Origin: Dictyostelium discoideum
Taxonomy: Eukaryota
Length of the DNA stretch: 64,000 nt
Direction of reading: 5' to 3'
NCBI GenBank assembly: GCA_000004695.1
Contig: CM000152.2
Coordinates: 3,040,001-3,104,000, forward strand
In this document: positions 1-14,318 of the stretch, one piece after another
Position numbering within the stretch: the first letter of the stretch is position 1
Layout of the letters: each line of letters opens with the position of its first letter
Notes under the pieces: model-generated
The model's database searches: none
What the model saw: only the letters and a program-made list of their open reading frames with translations
What the model was told of the DNA's origin: nothing
Made by a program: the position numbers and the translations under genes

Positions 1-1
1 A

Positions 2-1507
<1,506 letters not shown>

Positions 1508-1997
1508 AAAAATAAAAAAAAAACTACCAAAACAATAAAAATAGTTTTTTTAAAAAAAGAATTAAAAAAATTAAAAAAAAAAAAATAGAATTAAGAATAT
1601 TATTAAAATAATTTGTTCATCTAATTTTCTTTTATAATAGATTTTGTTTTTTTTTTTTATGGTTCAAATTAATTTAGAAAGATTTTTTCAAAAATTTTTT
1701 TTTTTGGCTTGAACCATTTTTTTTATTTTAAAGAATTCAACATTTTTTTTCTTTTTTTTTTTTCTTTTTTTTATTGATGGCTTTAAAATAAGAAAAGATT
1801 AGAAAAAGATGGTTTTTTTTAGAAATTTACAAAGAAATAGAGTATTGTAGAGTTTTTTGGGTTTTATTAATTTTGTTTTTTTTTGATTTTTTTGATTTTT
1901 TTTTTTTTTTGTTTAAAAAGGTTCTTTTTAAATTTTAAAATTCATTTTTATTCTTGTAGACTTTATTTTTATTGAAATAGTATTTAAAAAAAAAAAA

Positions 1998-4830
1998 ATG
2001 AAAGAAAAAATTAAATTAAGTTTATTAATTTTAACCTCAATTATTTTGGCTGTAGCCAATTCTCAAACACAACCAAGTAATTATCTTTAAAATTAATTTT
2101 ACATTTTAATTTAAATAAAAAAATATTAATATAAATAAAATTAATAATAATAATAGAAACTTTGGCAATGACAGCTACTGTTTATGACCAACATACATTT
2201 TACAACGACAATTTTGAGAACCAAGGACCGGCTTATTTAACGAAAAACATGGTTGTTAGTAAACTTGATAAAACTTTAAAGATTCCACAATTAGTGAGCT
2301 TAGATATTAATGTGGAAGGAAAAACTGGTGTAAATTATTTTGGAACAATGTATAATCCAAAACTCTTTAAATATTTTTTCTCAGAAAATACAAATGCTTC
2401 TCCAGATGATAAAAACTCTGGTAAAAACTTTCCATTATTGATGGATTTAATTCTTACATTAAATGAAACAAGTGGAGCTTATGAATTCTCTAAACAAGGT
2501 AATTTTTTAAAATTATTATTATTTCATTTTTTAAAAAAATAATAAAATGAAAAATAAAGTTATTTACCAACAGTAATATCCTATAAAATTAAAAAAAGAA
2601 TACTTTCCAATTAATGGTAAAGGATTTAATGATCCATCATACAAAGTACCACCAAAATATAAAGCAGATTCTCCAAATGTGGATTGGTTTAAAATGGCTG
2701 GCGGAGGATATTCTCAAAACAATTATAATTATTGTATTAAGGTAATTAATTAAATTAATAAACAATTAAAAAAATTTTAAATTATTAACTCTTGTTTTAT
2801 TTTGGGAAATGCATTAAAATAAAAAAATAAAAAAAATAAAAAAAAAAAGTTAAATTCCAAATTCACATATTTCAACAAAGGTGAAGTATTTAATTTTAGA
2901 GGTGATGATGATGTATGGGTATTTATAGATAATAGACTTGTTGTTGATTTAGGTGGTTTACATACAGCTGAAACCGCAAATATTAAATTGAAGGATATTA
3001 CAAATCCCCCATTACAAACTAATAAAATCTACGATTTAGATTTCTTTTATTGTGAAAGAAGAGCAACTGGATCATCAATTCAACTATCCACAACTCTCGA
3101 AATTTTCTGTGTAGATGATTATTGTGGTAAGTTTTTTTTTTAATTTTAGAATATTATAAATACATATATTAATTATATAATATAATGATGTGTATTTTAA
3201 CTTTTTTTTTTTAATATTTTTTTTTTTTTTTAAAAAAAATTATTTATTTAAGGTGTTTGTAATGGTGATGGTACAAGTTGTTGTACTTCATCAACTTGTG
3301 AAGATAATAATGCATGTACAATTGATAAGTAAGTGTTTTATAATAAATTGAAAACTTTAATTGGAAAAAATTATTAATATTTGATTATTATAAAGGTGTC
3401 CAAAACTTGGATCAGTTGCACCAGGAAAATTCACAAAGGATGACTGTGTATATTCAGAGGTCGTTTGCCCAATTGAATCTAACCAATGCTTAAGACCATA
3501 TTGTGATCCAAAAGAAGGTTGTAAAACTTCACCAGTTGAATGTGTAAATGGTAATATTGATAAATGTTTTGAACAATTCGGTAGTTGTGACTCTTCTCTA
3601 GGTTGTCAATATAATTATAAATGTAATGCCTATGGTAAATGTAATTTGGGATGTAGTGGTGGTCAATGTAAAGTTAAAACCTCAGAACAATGTTCAGAAG
3701 AATTTGGAAATGATCCATGTTACACTTACAGTTGTGACGTAGAACTTGGTTGTGTGAGAACTGAAAAATGTTCACAAGAAGATGCCAAACTATGTACCAT
3801 CAATACTTGCTTAAAAAATGTAACAAGAGAAGATGATAGATGCGAACTTGTAAGTATTCAAGAAGAATGTAATTGTTGCGCAGGTCATACAGTTGATCCT
3901 TGCCAATTGCCAGGTTGTGGTGAACCAGGTGAATGTAAACCAGTTGATAAAATCATTGATGATAATAATTTATGTACAATTGATAAATGTGAAAATGGTA
4001 CAATTACACATACTCCTGTAAAATGTGGTGGTTGTTCAATATGTGATTCGAAAACAGGTCAATGTGTTATAAATCCACCCATCTGTGATGATGATAATGT
4101 TTGCACAATTGATACATGTTCACTTGTTGAAAATCCAAATGGCTCCATCGATGGTGTATGTTCTAATAAAATTTTTGATTGTGCTTCAAATGATACTGAT
4201 TTATGTAATATTTGGACATGTGATGCAAATAATGGTGGTTGTCAATCGATAAAAAAGGTTTGTGATGATCCTTCTCCATGTCTTGTAAGTAAATGCGAAC
4301 CATCAACTGGTCAATGTGTGGACAGTCCAAGAACATGTGATCATGGTGGTGCTTTTTGTTTAATTTCAGAGTGTGATGAAAGACTTGGTTGTATCGTTTA
4401 CAATAGACAATGTGCATCTGATAATAGAAAATGTCAAGCTGGTGTTTGTGTTAATGGCACTAGCTCTGAGGAAGGTCATTGTACATCTGTAGACTATGAT
4501 CCATTACCATTTGGTTGTAATACGGCTGCTGTTGTTTCAACTGCTGTTATTGCTGGTGTTACTGTTGCTGCTGTTGTTGGTCTTGGTATTTTCCTTGTAA
4601 GTCTTTCACAAACTCTTTTATTTTATTTATTTATTTTTTTTTTTTTAAACATTGAATTGATTTTATACTAACATTAATTTATTATTTATCAACAGTATGG
4701 AGGTAAAAAAGGTTATGATTATTATCAAGATAATAAAAGTAAAGGAATGACTGGTGCAAATTCAAACCCATTATATAAGGAATCAGGTAATGCTGGGCAA
4801 AATCCATTATATAATGATAATAATTTATAA
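1998..4830 (+). CDS. Psi-like secreted/type-I membrane protein: signal peptide, PA14/fibro-slime domain, Dicty-CTDC Cys-rich repeats, one TM helix, short cytoplasmic tail. Seven exons: 1998-2076, 2157-2498, 2599-2741, 2851-3126, 3253-3328, 3396-4596, 4696-4830.
   Basis: Exon 1 (MKEKIKLSLLILTSIILAVANSQTQP) is a signal peptide. Exons 2-4 encode TVYDQH.FYN.NFE ... YFPINGKGFND ... GEVFNFRGDDDVWVFIDNRLVVDLGGLH ... DFFYCERR, the PA14/fibro-slime signature. Exons 5-6 encode many C..D.N.CT.D.C repeats and the TM helix AVVSTAVIAGVTVAAVVGLGIFL. The last exon encodes YGGKKGYDYYQDNKSKGMTGANSNPLYKESGNAGQNPLYNDNNL*. All junctions use GTAAGT/GTAATT donors and AG acceptors in consistent phase. The exon layout is identical to the paralog at 6316-9419. 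Confidence 0.8.
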
Positions 4831-5169
4831 AAAATAAATTCGGTTTTATATTAGTGATTAATAATTTATAAATTTTTATCATTATATAATGGATTTTATT
4901 TAGATTAAAATTTTCATATTAAAATTTTTTTTTTTGACATTTTGTTTTGGTTTGACACTTGGTTTGACAATTAGGTGTAATATGGATGTTTTTGGTTGTT
5001 TTAAAAAAAAAAAAAATGGCTTTTTTTGAAAAAAAAAAAAGTTTAAAAAAATAAAAAACTCTAAAAAAATGTTTTCAAAAGAAGAAAAAGGTGTAATAAT
5101 ATTTAAATTTATTAATTTATTTTTTTTTTTTTTTTTTTTAAGAAAACTATAAATTAACAATTTTTTGTG

Positions 5170-5293
5170 GAAATTATAATATTATTTTATGTATAATAAT
5201 TTTATCCAAAATTGTTTTGGCCAATGCACAATCTCCACCAAGTAATTATCTTTCAATAAATTTTTAAATATTAAATAAACTAAATAATATTAA

Positions 5294-5337
<44 letters not shown>

Positions 5338-5500
5338 TAATAGAAAATTTGAATATGAGGGTTACTGTTTATGACCAACATTTCTTTTATAATAACAATT
5401 TTGAAACAGTAGGAGTTGCTTATGTGACTAAGGGCTTAACAATAACGATGAATATAATAATATAATTGATATTGTTATATTACAAAATCCATTATATAAC
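5170..5500 (+). pseudogene. Degenerate fragment of a psi-like PA14 gene: signal-peptide-like exon without an ATG, plus the start of the PA14 exon, truncated by a stop
   Basis: The sequence ...IILCIIILSKIVLANAQSPPSNYL has no in-frame ATG. After an intron-like AT stretch it continues ENLNMRVTVYDQHFFYNNNFETVGVAYVTKGLTITMNIII* and then AT-rich sequence with no further exons. It lies between the two intact paralogs in the same orientation. Confidence 0.5.
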
Positions 5501-6315
5501 AATATCAAGGTATAAAATTATATTTCTTTTAAAAAAAAAAAATGAAAAAAAAAAATTTTAAAAAATATATAATTTTACATAAATTAATTTTTTATAAATA
5601 TTATTATTATCAATTATAATAATATTATAAAAATAAACTTTTTTAAAATAAAAAAAAAAAATAAAAAATTAAAAAAAAAATAAACAAATAAAAAAAAAAA
5701 TTTTATTTTTAAACTAATTATTATTTTATTTATAAAACTAACTAAAAAAAAAAAAAAAAAAAAATTTGGAAGATATAAAGAAAAAATAAAGAAATATAGA
5801 AAATAAAAAAAAATAATATTAAATAAAACTAAAATTTAAGCACTATTAAAAAATTATATTGGAAATAGTAATAAAATTGAGAAAAATATTGATTTTTAAA
5901 TTTTTTTTTTGTCCAACCCAATTTTTTTGATCATCATGATTATTTTAAAAATCATTGAAAAAAAAAAAATAAATAAAAATACATGAAGTTTCTGCCCCCT
6001 ATTTTTTTTTTTGTGTGTGTCACTAAGTTTAAACACAGTTTTTTTTTATTTTTCACTTTTTTTTGCGGATCTTTTGTTTTTCAAATAAATAAATCAAAAA
6101 AAAAAAGATATTTTTAATCTCAAAAAATTGTAACAAATTTCTCAAGAGTTAATTTTGAAAAAAAAAAAAAAAAAAAAAATTAACAAAGCGTAAAAAAAAA
6201 AAAAAAAACCATTACCATTATTTTACCACTCATCAAAAAACAACAAATAAAAAATAAGAAAGTCTAAAATATTAAAAGAATAAAAAAAATATATACAATA
6301 AAATAAAAAAACAAA

Positions 6316-6446
6316 ATGTTCATTCAAAGAACATTTTTAAAAGTTCTTACTCTTTTGAGTATAGTAACAGTTTTGGTCCATGGACAAACTCAACCAAAAG
6401 GTAAGCCATAAAAAAAAAATTAAATAAAAATAGAAAAATAAAAAAA

Positions 6447-6487
<41 letters not shown>

Positions 6488-6579
6488 AATAAATAAATAA
6501 ATTTAAATGAAGAAAATCTTTTAAATTTTTATATAAATAAATTTAATTTTTATAAATAATAAGAAATTAATAAAATTAA

Positions 6580-6616
<37 letters not shown>

Positions 6617-6956
6617 TAAAATTACATTGAAGGCCGTAATTTATGATCAACACAAGTTTTATAATCCAAATTTCCAACCAAAAAATGAGGGAGAATTTGT
6701 TTTAACTAAGGGAATTGTCAAATCAGATATTGATCAAGAAAAAAGAATTCCAGTTTTAAATAGTATGGATGCCAATGATTCTATAAATAAAAAGGCAAGA
6801 ATTAGTTGGCCAGATGGTTTTAAGTATTTTTTTGTAGATAACCAAGCTGGTGATTCAAAATCTGCCAAATCTGGTAAAAATCTTCCAATTCAAAGAGATA
6901 TCGAGTTAAATTGGAATGGAGAAGCATATGAATATAGTAATTCAAGTGAGTATTTG

Positions 6957-6996
<40 letters not shown>

Positions 6997-7046
6997 AAAT
7001 TTAATATTAAAATAGTTTCTAATTAAAAATTTTATTTTTATTTTTT

Positions 7047-7079
<33 letters not shown>

Positions 7080-7637
7080 ATTTGTGTAATTAAGATTACT
7101 TCCCAATTAACGGACAAGGTTTCAATGATGTAAGCTATCCAGTTCCAAGAGGTTATGTACCAATTTCTGGAGAATCCTGGACATCAATGTCAACTTCAAC
7201 TTCATTAAAGGGTAATAACTATAATTTTTGTTTAAAAGTAAGTTTTAGTTTTTATTTTATTTTATTTTTATAATTTTCCTCTCCACATATTAATATTTTT
7301 TATTATAATTATTTTTATTATTTTTAAAATAATTTCTTTTAAAATAGTTAAACTCTAAATTTACATACAACGGAAACGAAGTCTTTAAATTCACTGGTGA
7401 TGATGATGTATGGGTATATATTAATAATAAGTTGGTTGTTGATATTGGTGGTATCCATTCACAAGTAAGTGCTTCAGTAGATGTTACTAAACTTGGTCTC
7501 ACTGTAGGAACCATTTATAACTTTGATTTCTTTTATTGTGAAAGAAAAACAAGTGAGTCTAATATCAAAATTCAAACAACAATTGAAACTTATTGTGCCT
7601 ATGTTGATTACTGTGGTGGTAAGTTTTATTTTTATTT

Positions 7638-7687
<50 letters not shown>

Positions 7688-7867
7688 AAATTTATCATTT
7701 AAATTAACTTATTATTATTATTATCATTTGAAATTATTATAATTATTATATATAGTTTGTGAAGGAGATGGTTCAACATGTTGCAATCCAGCTACTACTT
7801 GTAATGATGGTAAAAGATGTACTAATGATTTGTAAGTATTTTATTTTTTTTTTTAAAAAAAAATTTC

Positions 7868-7903
<36 letters not shown>

Positions 7904-9419
7904 AATTTACCAATCAAATTTACTAATATTATAAAACTTAATAGTTGTCCAGATCCAAAATCCCCATTAGCTGGAAAAGATATTAGCAAATATTGTGACC
8001 ATATTCCAGTTAAAACTTGCTCAAGTAAAGATACATTATGTAAACAATATACTTGTAGTGATGATCTTAAAGGTGATATGTGTGTTATCAAAAATACTGT
8101 CACCTGCCCAGGCAATCAAACAAACTGTGAAGCCTCTGGTTATTGTGATGATAAATTTGGTTGTATTAATCCATCAAAATGTACAGATTACATTGGTCAA
8201 TGCTTTTCTGGTAAATGTGTAAATGGTGAATGTGCAAAGGTTACAGCAGACGATTGCGAAAAAATAATTGGAGGTGTATGTAGATCAGACTATGTTTGTG
8301 AACCAGGTCTCGGCTGCAAATCATCAGAGAGATGTAGACAAGGTAGTGATATTTGTGATCTTGTAACTTGTGATCCAAAAGCAACTGACGAATCAAAGAG
8401 ATGTATTACCACTGTTTTAACTGACGAAGAATGTAGATGTTGTGAATATGATACATTGAGATTCTGTGAACAAGCTGCATGTAGTAATAAAACCGGTCTT
8501 TGTCAACCAATTCCAAAGAATGTAGATGATGGTAATTTATGTACAATCGACGCCTGTAATGAAGATGAAAAAACCATCACCCACGTTCAAGTTACATGTG
8601 GTGGTTGTGAAACCTGTTCATACGCTACCGGTAAATGTGAACCAGATAGTTCACTTTGTAATGATAACAATATTTGTACCATTGATATTTGTGTCCATGA
8701 AGGTATTCTCGATGGTCTACCACAAGGTAATTGTTCAAATACTCCAGTTGATTGTGGTGCCAATGATGAAGATAAATGTAAAACTTGGTCTTGTGATCCA
8801 ACTAAAGGTGGCTGTCAATCAACCCCAGTCGTTTGTGAAGATAAAGGTAAATGTTTAGTTGGTACTTGTCAACCATCCACTGGTCAATGTGAATACTCTG
8901 ATAGAGTTTGTGATAATGGTGGTGCTTTCTGTGTTATTGGCCAATGTGATCAAAGACTTGGTTGTTTAGTTTTCGATAGAGTTTGTTCATCTGATAATAG
9001 TAGATGTGAAGAAGGTGTTTGTGTAAATGGTACTGAATCTGAAGAAGGTCATTGTAAATCTGTTAAATATGACCCATTACCATTCAATTGTAATACTGGT
9101 GCTGTTGTTTCAACTGCTGTTATTGCTGGTTCTACTGTCGCTGGTGCTGTTGCTCTTGGTATTTTCCTTGTAAGTTTTTTTTTTTTTTTTTTTTAATAAT
9201 AATTATACACACACACACAATTTGTATTAAAACTAATTTTTTTTTTTTTTCCAAAATTTATTTTATTCTTATAAATAGTATGGTGGTAAAAAAGGTTATG
9301 ACTATTGGAAAGACTCAAGAAATATTTCAATGGGCTCATCAAATAGTAATCCATTGTATGAAGAACAACAAACTGGAAGAGGTGTCAACCCAATGTATGA
9401 CGATCCAGCTGCTAATTAA
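6316..9419 (+). CDS. Second psi-like PA14 + CTDC-repeat + TM protein, tandem paralog of 1998-4830. Seven exons: 6316-6400, 6616-6945, 7095-7237, 7348-7618, 7756-7831, 7945-9169, 9279-9419.
   Basis: Signal peptide MFIQRTFLKVLTLLSIVTVLVHGQTQPK. PA14 motifs AVIYDQHKFYNPNF, YFPINGQGFND, GDDDVWVYINNKLVVDIGGIHSQ, DFFYCERK. Long C..D.N.CT.D.C repeat region. TM helix AVVSTAVIAGSTVAGAVALGIFL. Tail YGGKKGYDYWKDSRNISMGSSNSNPLYEEQQTGRGVNPMYDDPAAN*. Confidence 0.8.
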
Positions 9420-9431
9420 ACAAATTAAACA

Positions 9432-9467
<36 letters not shown>

Positions 9468-9931
9468 AATATTTGTATTATTTATTATCAATTTTTTTTT
9501 GGATTTTTTTTTTTCTTGTATATATATTAAAAAAAAAAAAACAATTATCTATTTATCTTTCCGCTCAATAAAATAAAATTAAATAATATTATTATATTCA
9601 TTTAAATTTAGATTTTTTTATTTTTATTTTTTTCAAAAATTAAAATTGTATATATATATCTATTTTTGGTGTAATTATTTCCAAAAAAAATTAATAATGA
9701 TTTTTTTTTTTTTTTGTTTTTTTGTTTTTTTTTTTTTTTTTTTTAAATGAAAATATATTCAAATCGAAAGATGTTCTAAAAAATTTTTATTAAAATTTGG
9801 AAATATTAATATTAAGATGACATAATTTTGATGGTGTTTCGTTTTATTTATTTTTTTTATTTTTTTTATTTTTTATTTTTGTTTTTTTTTATTTTTTAAA
9901 AAAAAAAAAAAATAAAAAAAAAAATAAAATT

Positions 9932-9973
<42 letters not shown>

Positions 9974-10098
9974 TGTACAATAATCGAACAATATTAGATA
10001 TTTTTTTTTATTTAATATAAAAAAAAGTATTTGTGTAAATAAATAAATAAATTATAAATCAATAAAACAAAAAAAAAACAATATATACAAAATAATAA

Positions 10099-10441
10099 AT
10101 GTCAATTTCAGGTGTCGTAAAATTGGGAAAGCCTTCAAAAAAGGCAATTTTTTCAATGGTAAGCGAATTCTTTGAAATTTTTTTAATTATTATAAAAAAA
10201 CAAAAAATAAAAAAATAAAAAAAAAGTATGAAATACTAATTTAAAAATTATAGACAGACTCTGCATTAAAAAGAGTGAAAGAGATTATGAATGATAAGAA
10301 AATAGATAATTGTATTGGTCTTAGATTAGGTATTAAAGAAAGAGGTTGCTCTGGTATGTCATACACCTTAGACTTTGCAACTCAAAAGAATAAATTTGAT
10401 GAAACTGTTGTTGCTGACAAAGGTAATTAACACAAAATAAA

Positions 10442-10528
<87 letters not shown>

Positions 10529-10794
10529 GTAATAATAGTAATATTAACAATATATTTATATTTATAATGATAATAATAAATAATAATAATAATATAATAA
10601 TAGATATCAATATTATAGTAGATTCAAAAGCATTATTATCAGTTATAGGTACAGAGATGGATTACATTGAAGAACCAATTAAAAAAGAATTTATATTTAT
10701 TAATCCAAATGCAACAAATACATGTGGTTGTGGAGAATCCTTTACCACTAAAGATTTTTCAATACCTGACTTAAAACTACCAAAAAAGAATTAA
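10099..10794 (+). CDS. Iron-sulfur cluster assembly A-type carrier (IscA/HesB family), probably mitochondrial. Three exons: 10099-10158, 10254-10422, 10604-10794.
   Basis: After splicing: MSISGVVKLGKPSKKAIFSM|TDSALKRVKEIMNDKKIDNCIGLRLGIKERGCSGMSYTLDFATQKNKFDETVVADKG|DINIIVDSKALLSVIGTEMDYIEEPIKKEFIFINPNATNTCGCGESF... This carries the HesB signature, including the conserved C-G-C-G-[ES]-F motif and the upstream GCSG Cys. Intron 2 carries an (AAT)n microsatellite at 10441-10537. Confidence 0.85.
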
Positions 10795-11193
10795 TATTAA
10801 AAGATAAATTAAACAAAATTTTATATATTTATAGTGTTATTTTTAAAAAACACTCGAAACAAAAAACAAAAAAAAAAACTATTACTGTGTCTCCTCTTCT
10901 TTTTTTTTTTTATATTTTTTTTTTATTTATTTATTATTTATTAAAGTTCGGCATTTGAAAATTTATCTGATGGTATATCAAATAATATTTTTAATAGTGT
11001 TTTTTGGGATGAACTTGATTCAGGAATTGTACCACTAGATCCCAATCCTCCTGATGAAGTTGTTGTTGCTGCTGCTTCTGCTGCGTTTGGACCACTTGTA
11101 TTATTGGTAGTGGTAGATTTTAAAGAAAATTCAACTACAATAGTAAACTAAAAATAAATAAAATAAAATTAATATTAATAAATGATTTTCAAA

Positions 11194-12942
11194 TTATATT
11201 ATTCTTTTTTTTTTTTTAAAAAAACTTACCTTAATTGAAGAGAATTTTGATTTAAATTTAGGTGGATCAACTTCATTATTATTAATACTATTTAAAGATA
11301 ATTGATCAGGTAAATGAATGATTAAATGAGTTACTTCATCTGTATTGTTATTATAATTTGAGAATAAAGCATCTTCAACACCAACTTTACCAATGAAACC
11401 TAAAGTGAGTTTATTACCATTTCTATAATTATTACTAGTACTTCCATTTGTGAAATATCTTTTATTTTGTTCTTCAAAAGTTTTTAATTGATCGATTATT
11501 GCTTCTTTTTCATTATCATCAATTTCATCCAATAGACCACTGATAAAGGTTTCATTAGTGTAAAGATCAACCAATTGAGAATTGTCTTCCAATGATACCA
11601 TTGAACCTTTAATTTCCATTGGAAAAGACATAAAGATATAAGAGTGTAATGGATTGGTGAATGTTAGAAACACTTGAAATAGATCTTGATCAATCCATTG
11701 AATCTTTGAGATTGTAACACGTGGAATATAAGAGTATGCGAAATGAGATCTCTTAAATTCTATCTTTCCTGGATTTATATCTGGTTTCACCAATAATCTA
11801 TCACATCTCTTACATCTCTTTGATCTACGAGTTAACAATTGTCTATGTTGTGGTATCAATCCTTTCAATTCTTTACATTGATTTGAAACTTGATGATATC
11901 TTTGCATTAAATTACTAATTTCATCACAATCTTTAATTTTATTAATTTCTTCTAAATCAATATCATCATCATATAATTCATCATCACCATCACCACCACC
12001 ATCACCATCATCATTTGTTTTTTTAAATACCCTTGAGTCAATTCTCTTTTGTTGCATATCTTCAATATCTTGTGTTGTAATTGGTTGTGATTGTATTGAT
12101 TTCTTTATCATTTGATTTGTTAATAATAATGTTGATGATGATGATGATGTTGTTGTTGATGCTAATGGTGAAGTTGGTATTAATTTATTGTCAGGTAATG
12201 GGTGTGGTGTACTTGATTGAATCCAACGTTGATTTTCATCAGGTTTTAAAAAGTTTTTTCTTTGATTATATTTTTGATGTTTTGATTGTTGACCAAGGAA
12301 TTGTTTCATTGCTTGTGCTATTTTAATTCTTGTTAATGTTTTCTTATCTTTTAATGATGTTAACTCTATTGATTCCTTATTAACAACTTCCAATACTTTA
12401 TTGAATTGTAATTGTGATTCAGAGGATTCTTTACTATTCTTTATACTATGTGAATCGAATCTAAACTCTTTTTCACCCGAATTTATTGAATTCCATTTAC
12501 AAAATGCACAATTTAAAAAAAAAGTTTCATTACCAGTCGTTGCATTGGTACTTGCTGAATATGTTAAAATATTAAAACAAATTGGACAATCAAAACATTT
12601 TTTACATCTTTTTAAAAAAATAAATAAAAAAAATAAAAAAAATAAAAAGTTAATTTATATTTGTATATATATGTGTGTATGTTGTATGTTGTTTATTATT
12701 ACATACCTATTACCATTTAAATTTGCTTCTACGGATGAAACATGTTCTAAACAATTTGGACAATAAAAACAATCAATTTCTTCTGTGATACAAAATTTGC
12801 AATTTGTTTTTAAGCAACCACTGCAATAATATAATTCTGATACGTGATATGCCTTACCACAATTACAACTATACTTGATTATATTGTTATTTAAAAGGTC
12901 TTTATTAAACTGAAATGAATTTTCAACTCTTTTAGAATACAT
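11194..12942 (-). CDS. Dynactin subunit 4 (p62). Two exons: 12942..12707 and 12607..11194, with a GTATGT donor and AG acceptor on the minus strand.
   Basis: The N-terminal Cys-rich region IKYSCNCGKAYHVSELYYCSGCLKTNCKFCITEEIDCFYCPNCLEHVSSVEANLNGNR|CKKCFDCPICFNILTYSA...FFLNCAFCKWNS aligns with human DCTN4 [53 protein letters not shown]. Further on, LIPQHRQLLTRRSKRCKRCDRLLVKPDINPGKIEFKRSHFAYSYIPRVTIS aligns with human [50 protein letters not shown]. Confidence 0.85.
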
Positions 12943-12987
12943 TTTAAAACTTTTTGAGAATCTTACAGTGGCGACACTCTCATAGAG

Positions 12988-13027
<40 letters not shown>

Positions 13028-13116
13028 AGTTCAAAACATTATTTTTATTTTTTTATTTTTTTTCAAATTTTAATTTTTTTTTTAATTTTTAATTTTTTTT
13101 AATTTTAATTTTTTTT

Positions 13117-13152
<36 letters not shown>

Positions 13153-13702
13153 CTTTTTTCATTTATTTATTCATTTACTTATTGTATATATTACAGATAA
13201 TAAAAATAAATATATATGAAATAAGTAAAAGGTAGAGGGATATAGAGATTGAGATTGAGAATTAGAGAATTAGAGAATTAGAGAATAAAAATAGAGATAA
13301 ATATAATTAAAAGAAATCTATAGATAGGTGTGGTAGAGAGAGAGAGAGATAGAGAAGAGAGGAAGATTCCCTCCCCCCTTTTTAAATTAAAGAGAGAGAG
13401 AAAAGAGGATCAAGGTAAATTAATAATTTTTTTTTTTTTTTTCTTTAAATTTCTTGGGGAAAAAAAAAAAAAAAAACATATATATTTATATGTGTATGCA
13501 TAAAAGTAAGTGATAACAATTTTTCTTTATATTTTATAACCAATCATTTTTTTATTTTTTTATTATCATTTAAAAATTCAACCCCACAATAAATAACTTG
13601 TTAGTTATCATCATATAAATAATTTTAGTTGTGGTGAATGGATATTATTAGTAATAATAACAAAATTAATTTTGTTTTTTTTTTTAACCACTCCTTGCTT
13701 TC

Positions 13703-13747
<45 letters not shown>

Positions 13748-14032
13748 TTTCAATTTTTTTTTTTTTTTTTTTTATTTTTATTTTTTTACTTTCTTTTTCA
13801 ATACAAATTAATACACATAAAACAATAATTCTAATTCTTAAATTTTTATTTTTTTTTATTCTCTAATTAGAGTAGAGAAAAAAAAAAAAAGAAAAAAAAA
13901 AACATTTATAGAAAATAAAAAGAGATAGTAGTTACCAAAAAAACAAGAAAAAAAAAAAAGAAATCAAGGTTTTAAGAGGAAAGAAAAAAAAGAGAAAAGA
14001 AAAAAAAAAGAAAAACAAAAGAAATCTATAGG

Positions 14033-14281
14033 ATGAAGGAAGATAAGAAAAGCACAAATGGTGAATATGTAGCAGGTACAAATTTTAGATATGGTCAGGT
14101 GGTTTATGGAAGAATGCCAGGATATCCTCAATGGCCAGCTAGAGTTCATGATCCAAGTAAATCAATTTCTTCTGCTGTTAGAAAAGCTCAACCAAAAAGT
14201 AGTCCTATTATATTGCTTCATTTCTTTTCGAGTAATGATTAGTAGGTATTTACTTTTATTATTTATTTTGTTTTTTCACTT

Positions 14282-14318
<37 letters not shown>

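Noticed and set aside
2162-2542. ORF-track start codon (MAMTATV) for the PA14 exon
   Set aside because: The track uses TTG as Met. The real exon is internal (AG acceptor at 2155-2156) and is spliced to an upstream signal-peptide exon beginning at the ATG at 1998.
4163-4417. Antisense His-rich ORF inside the first psi-like gene, and the frame-shifted ORF at 8526-8858 inside the second
   Set aside because: They overlap well-supported coding exons in other frames. Their composition is typical of antisense reads of Cys-codon-rich (TGT/TGC) sequence.
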